A stretch of DNA of 50,701 nucleotides, taken from the NCBI GenBank assembly GCA_030609055.1, contig JAUWCZ010000002.1:1-50701 (forward strand), read 5' to 3'. Positions 39,022-47,486 of the stretch are shown one piece after another. The translations under genes were made by a program, and so were the position numbers. Each line of letters begins with the position of its first letter. Within the stretch, counting starts at the first letter, position 1. The DNA is from Chloroflexota bacterium (GTDB lineage Bacteria; Chloroflexota; Anaerolineae; Anaerolineales; UBA11858). Under the pieces are notes generated by a model, which was given only the letters and a program-made list of their open reading frames with translations, was not told the DNA's origin and did no database searches.

Positions 39022-39140
39022 AGGAAATGAGCTCCGGACAGGCACACCGGCGGCACCCAGAGAATCCTCCTTAGTGCTGCTTCCTTTCGGATCTGACACG
39101 GTTCGTAGGGCTCTGCCGCGCCGGACCCACCCGAAGCTCG
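39022..39140 (-). ncRNA. ffs: Signal recognition particle RNA (small, 4.5S-like)
   Basis: The minus strand reads ...GAGCTTCGGGTGGGTCCGGCGCGGCAGAGCCCTACGAACCGTGTCAGATCCGAAAGGAAGCAGCACTAAGGAGGATTCTCTGGGTGCCGCCGGTGTGCCTGTCCGGAGCTCATTT. It contains the universally conserved domain IV core (GUCAGrUCCGrAAGGAAGCAGC) and a closing helix GAGCTTCGG/CCGGAGCTC. Ends are approximate, within about 10 nt. Confidence 0.8.
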
Positions 39141-39145
39141 TGGGC

Positions 39146-39174
39146 ATGATACCGCAGCTGATTATGAGTGTCAA
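39146..39174 (-). promoter_or_regulatory. Consensus promoter for the SRP RNA
   Basis: On the minus strand: TTGACA (39174-39169), 17-nt spacer, TATCAT (39151-39146). It sits about 7 nt before the start of the SRP helix. Confidence 0.65.
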
Positions 39175-39274
39175 TAAAATCGTTTATCCACCCATTTGAG
39201 GGATATGATTGTCTCATTTTTCTTCAGGGAAAGGACAGTGGTTGGAGGATTAGGTCAAATCTGTAGATTTCGGC

Positions 39275-39520
39275 TTATTTAATAAAGCGTTGAATCAGAA
39301 CACCACCAAGAATAATAAAAACTATCACACCTGCACCAATCATCAAGCCCTGGGTTTCTCCAGACTTGAGTGTTAAAGTATCATCTCCAGCTATGGGAGT
39401 CACTGTTGGTGTAGGATCTGGATTAGTCAGAAGGGAAGTGGTTTTTGCGGGGAAGCTTAGACCGGAAAGAAGGACAAAACCGATCAGTAATCCGATTATT
39501 AATACTCGATAAGATTTCAT
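39275..39520 (-). CDS. Small exported protein with a C-terminal TM/sorting-signal-like tail
   Basis: 81 aa counted from ATG 39520 (MKSYRVLIIGLLIGFVLLSG...). It has a Pro/Thr linker PDPTPTVTP and the C-terminus GETQGLMIGAGVIVFIILGGVLIQRFIK. The longer track ORF (to 39739) runs into the tRNA-Ser gene and is rejected. Confidence 0.4.
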   Translation of the reverse strand: MKSYRVLIIGLLIGFVLLSGLSFPAKTTSLLTNPDPTPTVTPIAGDDTLTLKSGETQGLMIGAGVIVFIILGGVLIQRFIK

Positions 39521-39714
39521 ATGTAAGGATTCCATCCAGATCGATATTGATATTACCAGGGTATTATACCCTAAACTAAAATCAGAAGCCGAACAACATA
39601 TTTCTCCAGAAGTAAAAGTATAGAATACCGCCAGATAAGGGTTTTGTCCCGGGATTATTAAGATTTGGTGAGGAAAATATAATCGCTCAGGATCTACTGA
39701 GCGATTCAAGAAGG

Positions 39715-39801
39715 CGGAGGGGGTGGGATTCGAACCCACGATCCCGTAAGGAATACGCGCTCTCCAAGCGCGCGCACTAGGCCAGACTATGCGACCCCTC
39801 C
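39715..39801 (-). tRNA. tRNA-Ser (anticodon GGA), class II
   Basis: The minus strand reads GGAGGGGTCGCATAGTCTGGCCTAGTGCGCGCGCTTGGAGAGCGCGTATTCCTTACGGGATCGTGGGTTCGAATCCCACCCCCTCCG. Acceptor GGAGGGG/CCCCTCC, anticodon stem CGCGC/GCGCG with loop TTGGAGA (GGA), a long variable arm, and T arm GTGGG-TTCGAAT-CCCAC. CCA is not encoded. Confidence 0.9.
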
Positions 39802-39951
39802 AGGTATTATTTAGCGGAGGAGATTATACCAAAACGCAGGTTTACTGACAACTGATATAGATGTGCAATCAGCCCTTTATATATGTGATCCATCAGTCAG
39901 CTCTGGTGTGTTATCCTTAAACAGAAAGCTAATCTTAGCGGGTTTTTTGAA

Positions 39952-40467
39952 ATGGAATCAAACCAAAAAGAGATTGTTTACTTATCACTAGGATCCAATC
40001 TGGGAGATCGGGAAGCCAATTTAGAAGCTGTTTTCAGAGAACTTCCGCCACAGATCACCGTGATGGCTTCTTCATCCATTTACCAAACGGAACCCTGGGG
40101 TTTTCAAGATCAACCGGATTTCTTTAACCAGGTTATCCAGACTGAAACAGTTCTTTCTCCCCGGGAACTTTTATCATATCTGAAAAAGATTGAAAAGAAA
40201 ATCGGTCGCAAACCAAGTTTCCTTTATGGTCCTCGCCTGATGGATATTGACATCCTCTTATATGGAGATCAAGTGGTCCATGAGGAAGAGCTGATTATCC
40301 CCCATGAAAAAATGTTTGAAAGGGCATTTGTACTTGTACCGCTGGCGGAAATAGCTCCAGGGTTAATGCACCCGGAATGTGATATGACGATTAGCGACCT
40401 ATTAAATACAATTGATACCTCCGGTGTGAGTCTATACGGAGGGAACCAGGTTGAAAATCGTGAATAG
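39952..40467 (+). CDS. folK: 2-amino-4-hydroxy-6-hydroxymethyldihydropteridine diphosphokinase
   Basis: 171 aa with VYLSLGSNLGDREANL, YQTEPWG, PRLMDIDILLYG and IPHEKMFERAFVLVPLAEI. Confidence 0.85.
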   Translation: MESNQKEIVYLSLGSNLGDREANLEAVFRELPPQITVMASSSIYQTEPWGFQDQPDFFNQVIQTETVLSPRELLSYLKKIEKKIGRKPSFLYGPRLMDIDILLYGDQVVHEEELIIPHEKMFERAFVLVPLAEIAPGLMHPECDMTISDLLNTIDTSGVSLYGGNQVENRE

Positions 40468-41998
40468 CGTACCTCTCCTGTCAGCAGGTTTATTATTTCT
40501 TAATCCGATCCTGCTCCTCATTTTCCGACAGATGGAGATTAATCTAAATAAACTCCGATTCTGGTATATGGTGACCTCGGGGATATCTTGGATTATCACC
40601 CTGGTATTCAGTTTTTCAAACCCCGAAATTAGGCTGAACCTGAGTTGGATTTCCGGATCTGAGCTGCTGTCCTGGCCAGTTTTTTTCCTGGATTGGGTTT
40701 CAATCCCGCTGGTTCTGGCTATGACAGCGATTCCTTTTTTTGCTGCCCTGAGCCAGAATTTCTCCCCCGAACATAGTTCTTGGATTAGTAGTTTATGTGG
40801 TATTTGCATCCTGGGTGTATTATCTGATACGGTTTACACTTTATTAATATTCTGGACACTTGTTGAGGTGTTCTGGATAACCTTTGTTATCATCCACCAA
40901 GAGCAGGACAGGATTGATAAATGGCTGATTCTTCCCTTTGTTTTCCGCTTGTTGGGACCTCTTTCACTAATATTAGCTGGCTCAGTTGGGATGGAAGGGT
41001 CGTTAGCTCCATTCATTTCCGGGTTAAGTTTTAATGCGGGTCTGTACCTAATAGTTGCAGGCATATTTGGATTTGGTGCCTGGTTACCCATGAAGGGTAT
41101 AAGCGTAAAGAATGGTAAGTTAGAGACTCTGGAGGTATTTTTAACTGCCATCCCCAGTGCTATTAGTATCATGTTGATCACCAGGGGAGCTGCTCTTCTT
41201 GAAGTCGACCAATTCCGCCCTCTGGTTCCTATCCTAGCGGCACTTTTCTCTCTCGGGTTGGGCTTGGCTGCGATCTATGTCCAAAAGCATCAGTTGTCGT
41301 GGAAAGTATGGTCTTTGGGTCTCCTGGGCTTGATTGTAGGTAGTGCCTTATTCACTTCACCAGCCGGTAGTCTCACTTGGGGGTTGGTGTTATTACTTCC
41401 CAGCCCATTTCTTTACTCTTCTTTCGAAAACAGACCCCATTTGGCAATCGCCCTGGTACTCGCCATAATCGGGATTATTCCTATCCCTTTTTTACCAGTC
41501 TGGAATGGTAGGGAGCTCTTTGGGATGGACATGCCTGGGGTCATATTTGGAATCGCAGCTGGTTTATTGATTGGGGGAATCCTGAATAAGAACAAGCAAA
41601 AGCTGAAAGGAGAATTGATTTCATCTGATCCGGTTCCTCTATTATTTGTCATTAGTCCGGGTGTTTTGATCCTTTCACAGCTAATGATAGCTTTTCAACA
41701 ACAGCTGTTCTCCTCTAGTCGTTTGATATTATCCCAATCCTTGGCAGTCTGGATTCCAGCCATCCTGGCGGCATTATCACTTCTCATCGGGCAGTCGATC
41801 ATCAGACCTGGTTTCTCTCGTATAAACTTTGACAGGGTCTGGAATATTATCTACAGTCTTGTTACTGGTATAACCGGGTTAGTAGACCGGATTGTGACCT
41901 TGATCACCAGTCTGTTTGAGGGAGAAGGTGGTTTAATCTGGGCCTTACTGATCGGTTTTCTTGCGTTGACGTTGATCAGTCTCAGAGGAGGGGGGTAA
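40451..41998 (+). CDS. Polytopic membrane protein, divergent NuoL/M/N (MrpA/D, HyfB/F)-like antiporter-type subunit
   Basis: 515 aa with about 14 hydrophobic helices. The TTG start lies 8 nt after GGAGGG and overlaps the folK end by 17 nt. Only a degenerate version of the family PxHxWLP segment is visible (GFGAWLPMKG). Confidence 0.4.
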   Translation: MKIVNSVPLLSAGLLFLNPILLLIFRQMEINLNKLRFWYMVTSGISWIITLVFSFSNPEIRLNLSWISGSELLSWPVFFLDWVSIPLVLAMTAIPFFAALSQNFSPEHSSWISSLCGICILGVLSDTVYTLLIFWTLVEVFWITFVIIHQEQDRIDKWLILPFVFRLLGPLSLILAGSVGMEGSLAPFISGLSFNAGLYLIVAGIFGFGAWLPMKGISVKNGKLETLEVFLTAIPSAISIMLITRGAALLEVDQFRPLVPILAALFSLGLGLAAIYVQKHQLSWKVWSLGLLGLIVGSALFTSPAGSLTWGLVLLLPSPFLYSSFENRPHLAIALVLAIIGIIPIPFLPVWNGRELFGMDMPGVIFGIAAGLLIGGILNKNKQKLKGELISSDPVPLLFVISPGVLILSQLMIAFQQQLFSSSRLILSQSLAVWIPAILAALSLLIGQSIIRPGFSRINFDRVWNIIYSLVTGITGLVDRIVTLITSLFEGEGGLIWALLIGFLALTLISLRGGG

Positions 41999-42001
41999 AC
42001 T

Positions 42002-42598
42002 GTGTCGAGCCTTCTTCAATACCTGGCGGTTGTTGTTCTATTTTTGTGCCCTGTGGGAATCTTGCTGGTTGATAATTGGCGCTGGATGATTGGATTATTA
42101 GGTCTGCAGTATATCGGTGTCTTGAGTCTGGTCAGTGTCAGCTGGCCGCTGGAAATAGCAGTTGTCAAACTTGTGGCGGGGTGGATGGCTGCTGCGATTT
42201 TGATACTTACTTATGTCAATCTCCCCACTGCAGCAGCTGAGCCACAAATTTCAATTAATCTTCCCAGAAGGTTTTTCAAAGGATTCACAGCCTTCTTAAT
42301 TGGACTCTCTGTATACTCTCTGCAGGCAGTTGCGCTGCGCTGGTTTTTAGGTGCAACAACTCAACAAGCACTGGGCGGATTACTGTTACTGGGACTTGGA
42401 TTACTTCAACTGGGATTATCCAGGGAAGTAATCCGGATTGTGATTGGTTTATTAACAGTGATTTCCGGGTTTGAAGTATTGTATGCAACCCTGGAGGCAT
42501 CGGTACTTATGACTGGCTTATTGGCAATACTCAATATCGGGATTGCTTTTGTTGGTGCGTATCTATTGTTAGCATCCTATCTGGAGGATACGAGTTGA
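42002..42598 (+). CDS. HyfE/NuoK-like small membrane subunit
   Basis: 198 aa with a GTG start after GGAGGGGGG. The C-terminal half (ALGGLLLLGLGLLQLGLSREVIRIVIGLLTVISGFEVLYATLE...ILNIGIAFVGAYLLL) is colinear by eye with E. coli HyfE (ALGHFLLGLLCIVSQRNILRQIFGYCLMENGSHLVLALL...). Confidence 0.4.
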   Translation: MSSLLQYLAVVVLFLCPVGILLVDNWRWMIGLLGLQYIGVLSLVSVSWPLEIAVVKLVAGWMAAAILILTYVNLPTAAAEPQISINLPRRFFKGFTAFLIGLSVYSLQAVALRWFLGATTQQALGGLLLLGLGLLQLGLSREVIRIVIGLLTVISGFEVLYATLEASVLMTGLLAILNIGIAFVGAYLLLASYLEDTS

Positions 42599-43986
42599 AT
42601 ACGCCAACCCTCTGGATCATTTTACCGCTGTTGCTCTCGGGAATTTTCCTTTTCCTGCTGAACCGCCAACGGATTCTAAAATGGACTGGTACTATAATCA
42701 GCTTAACACTGGCTGGTCTTGCGGCAGTTTTACCCATCAATCAGCTTTTTAATTTCCTTTTCTGGGAACTCAGGGTTTCAGAAGAGATGTTGATTTATGG
42801 CAGACGGTTTGTGCTCTCCGATCCAGATCGGCCGATTGTGATCCTGGTGTTTGTGTTGTGTGCTTTCTGGTTCTTAATTCTTGATCCGAAAAATGACCCG
42901 ATCCAGGTTATTCCTCTTGGATTGGCAGGCACAGTATTAATATTAACTGCCTACGCAGTAGAACCCATTTTTTATGGTGCTTTGTTCTTTGCCTTTTTAG
43001 CTTTGATAGATGTTGTATTATTATCCCCGCCTGGTAATAAGCCGACCCGTGGTGTGATGCGTTTTCTGATTTTTCAGATCCTGGGGATCCTGTTTATCCT
43101 TTTTGCAGCCTGGCTGGCTAGCTGGATTGATCTAAATACCGGTGATCAGTTACTATTTGTCAGATCTTTGGTAATCCTCGCTCTTGGATTTTCATTCCTG
43201 TTGGCGATTTTTCCATTTACGAGTTGGATCCCCATGGTAACAGAAATGAACCATCCCTTTCTGGCGGGTTATGTGCTTAGTACGTATCTTGTAGGTGTTT
43301 TCTTATTTGGTTTACGGTTTGTCACGGAAGCGGGATGGTTTGATCAAAATATCAGCATTCAGGGTGCGCTACAAATTGCCGGGATAATCATGCTGTGTTA
43401 TGGTGGTGGTCTGGCAATAGTTTCGAAACATTTGGGACGTATGATGGCAGCTGTCGTAATATCAGATATTGGCAGATCTTTACTGGCAATAAGTTTGTTT
43501 TTATCTGGATTTCCATTATTTTTCTCACTTGTCATCATCCAGAGTATTGCGATAGGTGTTTGGTCTCTCTCGCTATCCCATCTTAGGAAGGTTGTGAGGA
43601 GTTTAAGTTTCGATGATGTCATAGGAGCTGCCAGACAATGGCCGATCATCTCCTTGGGTATCCTGGCGGGATACTTCACTCTGGCTGGGTTACCTCTCCT
43701 GGCAGGTTTTCCAATTTTTTGGGTACTGGGTTCGAGTCTTCGTATGTATCCCTCCTGGATGGTCCTCTGGTTTGTCTTTGGAAGTATCGGATTAATCATC
43801 GGGGGATTACGGACGCTTGCTGTTTTAACCAAAAACTCAGGTGAAGAGGCAGTGTTGATCTTAGGAAGTTCCTTCTATCGCGCTGTGATAGTTACAATAA
43901 CAGCTGTTCTTATTCTGTTAGGTTTATTCCCTCAGGTTTTATTTAGTTTGACGCAGATAATTACAAATCTATTATTGGAGCTTTGA
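42595..43986 (+). CDS. Polytopic membrane protein, divergent NuoN/MrpD/HyfF-like antiporter-type subunit
   Basis: 463 aa with a TTG start overlapping the upstream stop (GTTGA), after GGAGGA. It has a degenerate family segment (AIFPFTSWIPMVTEMNHPFLAGYVLST, against the usual PFHxWLPDAxEGPTPVSA). Confidence 0.4.
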   Translation: MNTPTLWIILPLLLSGIFLFLLNRQRILKWTGTIISLTLAGLAAVLPINQLFNFLFWELRVSEEMLIYGRRFVLSDPDRPIVILVFVLCAFWFLILDPKNDPIQVIPLGLAGTVLILTAYAVEPIFYGALFFAFLALIDVVLLSPPGNKPTRGVMRFLIFQILGILFILFAAWLASWIDLNTGDQLLFVRSLVILALGFSFLLAIFPFTSWIPMVTEMNHPFLAGYVLSTYLVGVFLFGLRFVTEAGWFDQNISIQGALQIAGIIMLCYGGGLAIVSKHLGRMMAAVVISDIGRSLLAISLFLSGFPLFFSLVIIQSIAIGVWSLSLSHLRKVVRSLSFDDVIGAARQWPIISLGILAGYFTLAGLPLLAGFPIFWVLGSSLRMYPSWMVLWFVFGSIGLIIGGLRTLAVLTKNSGEEAVLILGSSFYRAVIVTITAVLILLGLFPQVLFSLTQIITNLLLEL

Positions 43987-44091
43987 AACCGATAACTAAT
44001 CAAGCTGCTGGAAGAAATCCTGGTAGGATTTCAGAACCCGCCATGCTATAATCTTCATGCCAAAATACATCCGATTATAGGAGAACCATTT

Positions 44092-45270
44092 ATGGAAAAT
44101 GAACAGCTGGAAAAGCGGATTAAATGGCTGGATGAGGAACGTAGGAAAGACAAAGAAATTATCTCAGCATTGGAGGATCGACTCCTGATTCTAGAGGGTA
44201 AACTCGATGCTGCAGAAAAGAAGAATATAGAATTTGATAGCGATCTCACCCGGATGCGAACCTCTATCACCCGAGTGGATGATTTTGATAATGGGCTAGC
44301 AGATTTTAGATTGGAACGAAAGAAAGAATTTAAAGATTATGAAAAGATCGTCAAATCGTTGATCAATGATGCAAAGAAAATGCTCCGGACACAGATCCAG
44401 GGGGTTGAAAAGCAGCAGAAATCGTTTGGAGAAGATTTTAGCAGGGTAAAAGATCTTGAAAAAGAAATGAAAATCCGCATTGAGGAAGAAACCCGTTTTA
44501 GTACCACTTTACGGGAGATGGAAAATGACTACGGCGAGATCAAGCGGGCTTATAAACAATATCAGCTGGATTCCCGTTCTTCAAAAGAAGAACGTCAAAA
44601 AGAAATCAAGCGGATTACGGACTTACAGGGAGAGCAAACCGCCTTGCGGAAACGATTGGATGAGGCGCGTGGATTACTGGACCTTGTGAATAGTGATTAC
44701 CAGAAGATCAAGAACCGCATCCAGGAATTGGAATCCATCCGCAGAGATTTGAAAAAAGAACAGGATACATTCCTGGAAGAAGCCACTCTCCAGAATACCG
44801 AACGAGAAACTACCTGGAAGAACTGGATGACCCGCTTTGATAGCATTGAAAAGCAAGCGCAGGATCTGGATGAACAGATGACCAAATTGGACTCCACTCA
44901 CCGGGGCGTAAAACGTATGCAAGATGAACTCAAGGAACTATCGACGCTGCTGGATAGAAGAGTCAATGAAATCACCGAGATGCAACGTCTGGCTGATGAG
45001 CGATTCCGCCAGGAGTGGACAACTTTTACCGCAGACGATCATAAGCGCTGGACCAATTACACCCTCGCCCAGAAGGAACAGTCTAAGCTACTTGAACGGC
45101 AATTTAAGGATAGAGAAGGCAGAATCTCTGTCCTGGAGGATGGATTGCAGGAAATAGAAGATCAACTCGGGCAGTTCAGCGCTTATTCCGAAGCCCAGCT
45201 GCAAGGTTTACTGAGCCTGATGCGGGATTGGGCTGGCGAGTTTGAACAAATCATGGATGGCTTTCGCTGA
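44092..45270 (+). CDS. Long coiled-coil hypothetical protein
   Basis: 392 aa. It is extremely rich in E/K/R/D/L with heptad-like periodicity throughout, and has no enzymatic motif. A TGcTATAAT extended -10 box lies at ~44044-44052, with a GGAGAA RBS. Confidence 0.5.
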   Translation: MENEQLEKRIKWLDEERRKDKEIISALEDRLLILEGKLDAAEKKNIEFDSDLTRMRTSITRVDDFDNGLADFRLERKKEFKDYEKIVKSLINDAKKMLRTQIQGVEKQQKSFGEDFSRVKDLEKEMKIRIEEETRFSTTLREMENDYGEIKRAYKQYQLDSRSSKEERQKEIKRITDLQGEQTALRKRLDEARGLLDLVNSDYQKIKNRIQELESIRRDLKKEQDTFLEEATLQNTERETTWKNWMTRFDSIEKQAQDLDEQMTKLDSTHRGVKRMQDELKELSTLLDRRVNEITEMQRLADERFRQEWTTFTADDHKRWTNYTLAQKEQSKLLERQFKDREGRISVLEDGLQEIEDQLGQFSAYSEAQLQGLLSLMRDWAGEFEQIMDGFR

Positions 45271-45351
45271 TTTCATAAATCTTGACCTCCGACTACCCTC
45301 AATTCACGGAAAAATTCTTCAGGCAACATAATTACAGGCGTTTTTTTTTCT

Positions 45352-47238
45352 ATGTATATCATCGGAACAGCGGGACACGTCGATCACGGAAAATCCACCC
45401 TTATAGAAGCCATTACCGGAACCCATCCAGACCGGCTGCAGGAGGAACGCGACCGGGAAATGAGCATTGTGCTGGGGTTTGATTCCTTTCAGCTTCCCGA
45501 TGGAAAACAAATCAGTGTTGTAGATGTGCCAGGGCATCGGGATTTTATTGAAAATATGCTTTCAGGTATTGGGGCGATTGATGCCTGCCTGTTTGTGATA
45601 GCAGCTGATGAAGGGGTGATGCCACAAACCAGGGAGCACTTGGCCATCCTGGATTTGCTGGAAGTTAATAAAGGCGTCATTGCCTTAACCAAAGTGGACC
45701 TTGTGGATGATAAGGAGTGGTTAGATCTGGTTGAGATAGAAATCCAGGACCTGATAAATTCAACGGCTTTATCGGATGCTCCAATTATCCGTGTATCTGC
45801 TAAGCAGAAAACTGGCCTGGATAAGTTGTTGGAAGCGCTCAGTCAGGTACTTAAGGATCAACCTCCCCGGATTAACCTTGGCCGCCCTCGTCTATCAATA
45901 GACAGAGTATTTATTATGGCGGGTTTTGGATCCGTGGTTACTGGGACCCTGCTGGATGGTGTGTTATCAGTGGGGGATGAGGTAACCATCTTACCCGGAG
46001 GTAAGACAGGAAGAATTCGGGGATTACAGACTCATAATCAAGATTTGAAAGAAGTAAGTCCTGGACTGCGTACGGCGGTAAATATATCCGGGATTGATAA
46101 TAAGGATATAAAACGGGGTGATATTGTAGCCCATCCGGGTGATTATTCCCCGACCCGACGCCTGGATGTGCAGTTTCGCTATCTGGGTGACCTGGATACG
46201 CCTCTCAAGCACGATGTTGAAACAAAACTTTTCCTTGGAGCGGATGAAACCATCGCCCGGGTTCGGCTGCTGGGTACAGATGGTGTCAAACCAGGAAAAA
46301 CCGCCTGGCTGCAGCTGGAGGTAGAGGATCCAGTGATTGCCGTGAGGGGAGATCGATATATTTTACGGAGACCTTCTCCATCGGAAACTCTCGGGGGCGG
46401 GATTGTCCTTGATCCCCATCCTCCCTTCCGGCATAAACGGTTTGATCAGGAAGCACTGGATCGCCTGGAAGCGCTCTCCGGGGGAGACCCGCTGGATGTG
46501 CTGCGGCAAACTATCTCAAGGGCTGGGATTGGGCTTTTAAACGAAGTGCTGAATCAATCCGGATTGGAGGTAATTACTGCCAGGGAAGCGCTGGATCAAC
46601 TGTTGTCAGCCGAGGTTGTCCTCTTAATCGGTGAGGAAGATTCAAGCGATCAGCTAATCGCTCTTCGCTTGCTGTGGGAGAAGAACAAGATTGACCTGAT
46701 TGAAAAATTAAAACAATACCATCAGGATTATCCACTCCGGGGTGGTATGTCTCTCGAGGAACTGAAAAGCCAATCCGGGCTGGCTGATCCGGTGTTCAAA
46801 CAAGTGATTCAGGGGTTAATTCAGACCGAAGAAATCACTCGGCAAGGCCCCGCGGTGGGGATGAAGGGTTTTGAGATCAAGTTGTCGCCTGATCAAAATA
46901 AGAAAGTAAAGGGGCTGATGAATCAATTTGCCGCTAATCCAACACAGCCACCCTCGGTTAAAAATTGCCGGGAGGAACTTGGAGAGGATATATATAACGC
47001 CCTTCTCACACTGGGAAAACTAATGCAGATCTCTCCGGAAGTAGTGTTTACCCCGGATACGTATCAAAATATGGTTGCTGAAATCATCTCTAAGATTAAG
47101 GATGATGGTCCAGTAACTGTGGCTCAGGTGCGGGATCTGTTTGGCAGCAGCCGCAAGTATATGTTGGCTTTTTTGGAGAAACTGGACGAGGAGGGAGTTA
47201 CCATCCGTGAGGGGGACATTCGCCGCTTGAAGGAGTGA
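45352..47238 (+). CDS. selB: Selenocysteine-specific translation elongation factor
   Basis: 628 aa with the N-terminus MYIIGTAGHVDHGKSTLIEAITG, DVPGH and TKVD G-motifs, EF-Tu-like domains II/III, and a ~280-aa C-terminal winged-helix extension typical of bacterial SelB. Confidence 0.9.
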   Translation: MYIIGTAGHVDHGKSTLIEAITGTHPDRLQEERDREMSIVLGFDSFQLPDGKQISVVDVPGHRDFIENMLSGIGAIDACLFVIAADEGVMPQTREHLAILDLLEVNKGVIALTKVDLVDDKEWLDLVEIEIQDLINSTALSDAPIIRVSAKQKTGLDKLLEALSQVLKDQPPRINLGRPRLSIDRVFIMAGFGSVVTGTLLDGVLSVGDEVTILPGGKTGRIRGLQTHNQDLKEVSPGLRTAVNISGIDNKDIKRGDIVAHPGDYSPTRRLDVQFRYLGDLDTPLKHDVETKLFLGADETIARVRLLGTDGVKPGKTAWLQLEVEDPVIAVRGDRYILRRPSPSETLGGGIVLDPHPPFRHKRFDQEALDRLEALSGGDPLDVLRQTISRAGIGLLNEVLNQSGLEVITAREALDQLLSAEVVLLIGEEDSSDQLIALRLLWEKNKIDLIEKLKQYHQDYPLRGGMSLEELKSQSGLADPVFKQVIQGLIQTEEITRQGPAVGMKGFEIKLSPDQNKKVKGLMNQFAANPTQPPSVKNCREELGEDIYNALLTLGKLMQISPEVVFTPDTYQNMVAEIISKIKDDGPVTVAQVRDLFGSSRKYMLAFLEKLDEEGVTIREGDIRRLKE

Positions 47239-47486
47239 AAGATCTACTCCAGCTGGGGCCAGCCCTTATTTTCATTGCCGATCTGTAAAACACCATACAA
47301 TACTGCTATATGGGGGATAGGATCAGGCACCAATTATTAATGCCTGATGGTGAGTAAAATCACCAGGGGAGATTAGCTCCGAGCCTTAACATCATTATAG
47401 CGAAAGAAAACTAAGATTCTTGTGATTCCCTGGGACGGCATCCCTCTCAGTGTATATACTATCTAAGGAGGCCAATCTGCAACTGA

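Noticed and set aside
38942-39199. 85-aa plus-strand ORF
   Set aside because: The region encodes the SRP RNA on the minus strand (conserved domain IV motif plus promoter), so the ORF is coincidental.
39521-39739. N-terminal extension of the 154-aa minus-strand ORF
   Set aside because: The extension runs into the tRNA-Ser gene (39715-39801) and has no signal or RBS. Only the distal 81 codons look like a real small protein.
45271-45351. tRNA-Sec or SECIS element next to selB
   Set aside because: The 81-nt gap and the 248-nt downstream gap contain no tRNA-like T-arm or acceptor pairing. Nothing supports selC here.
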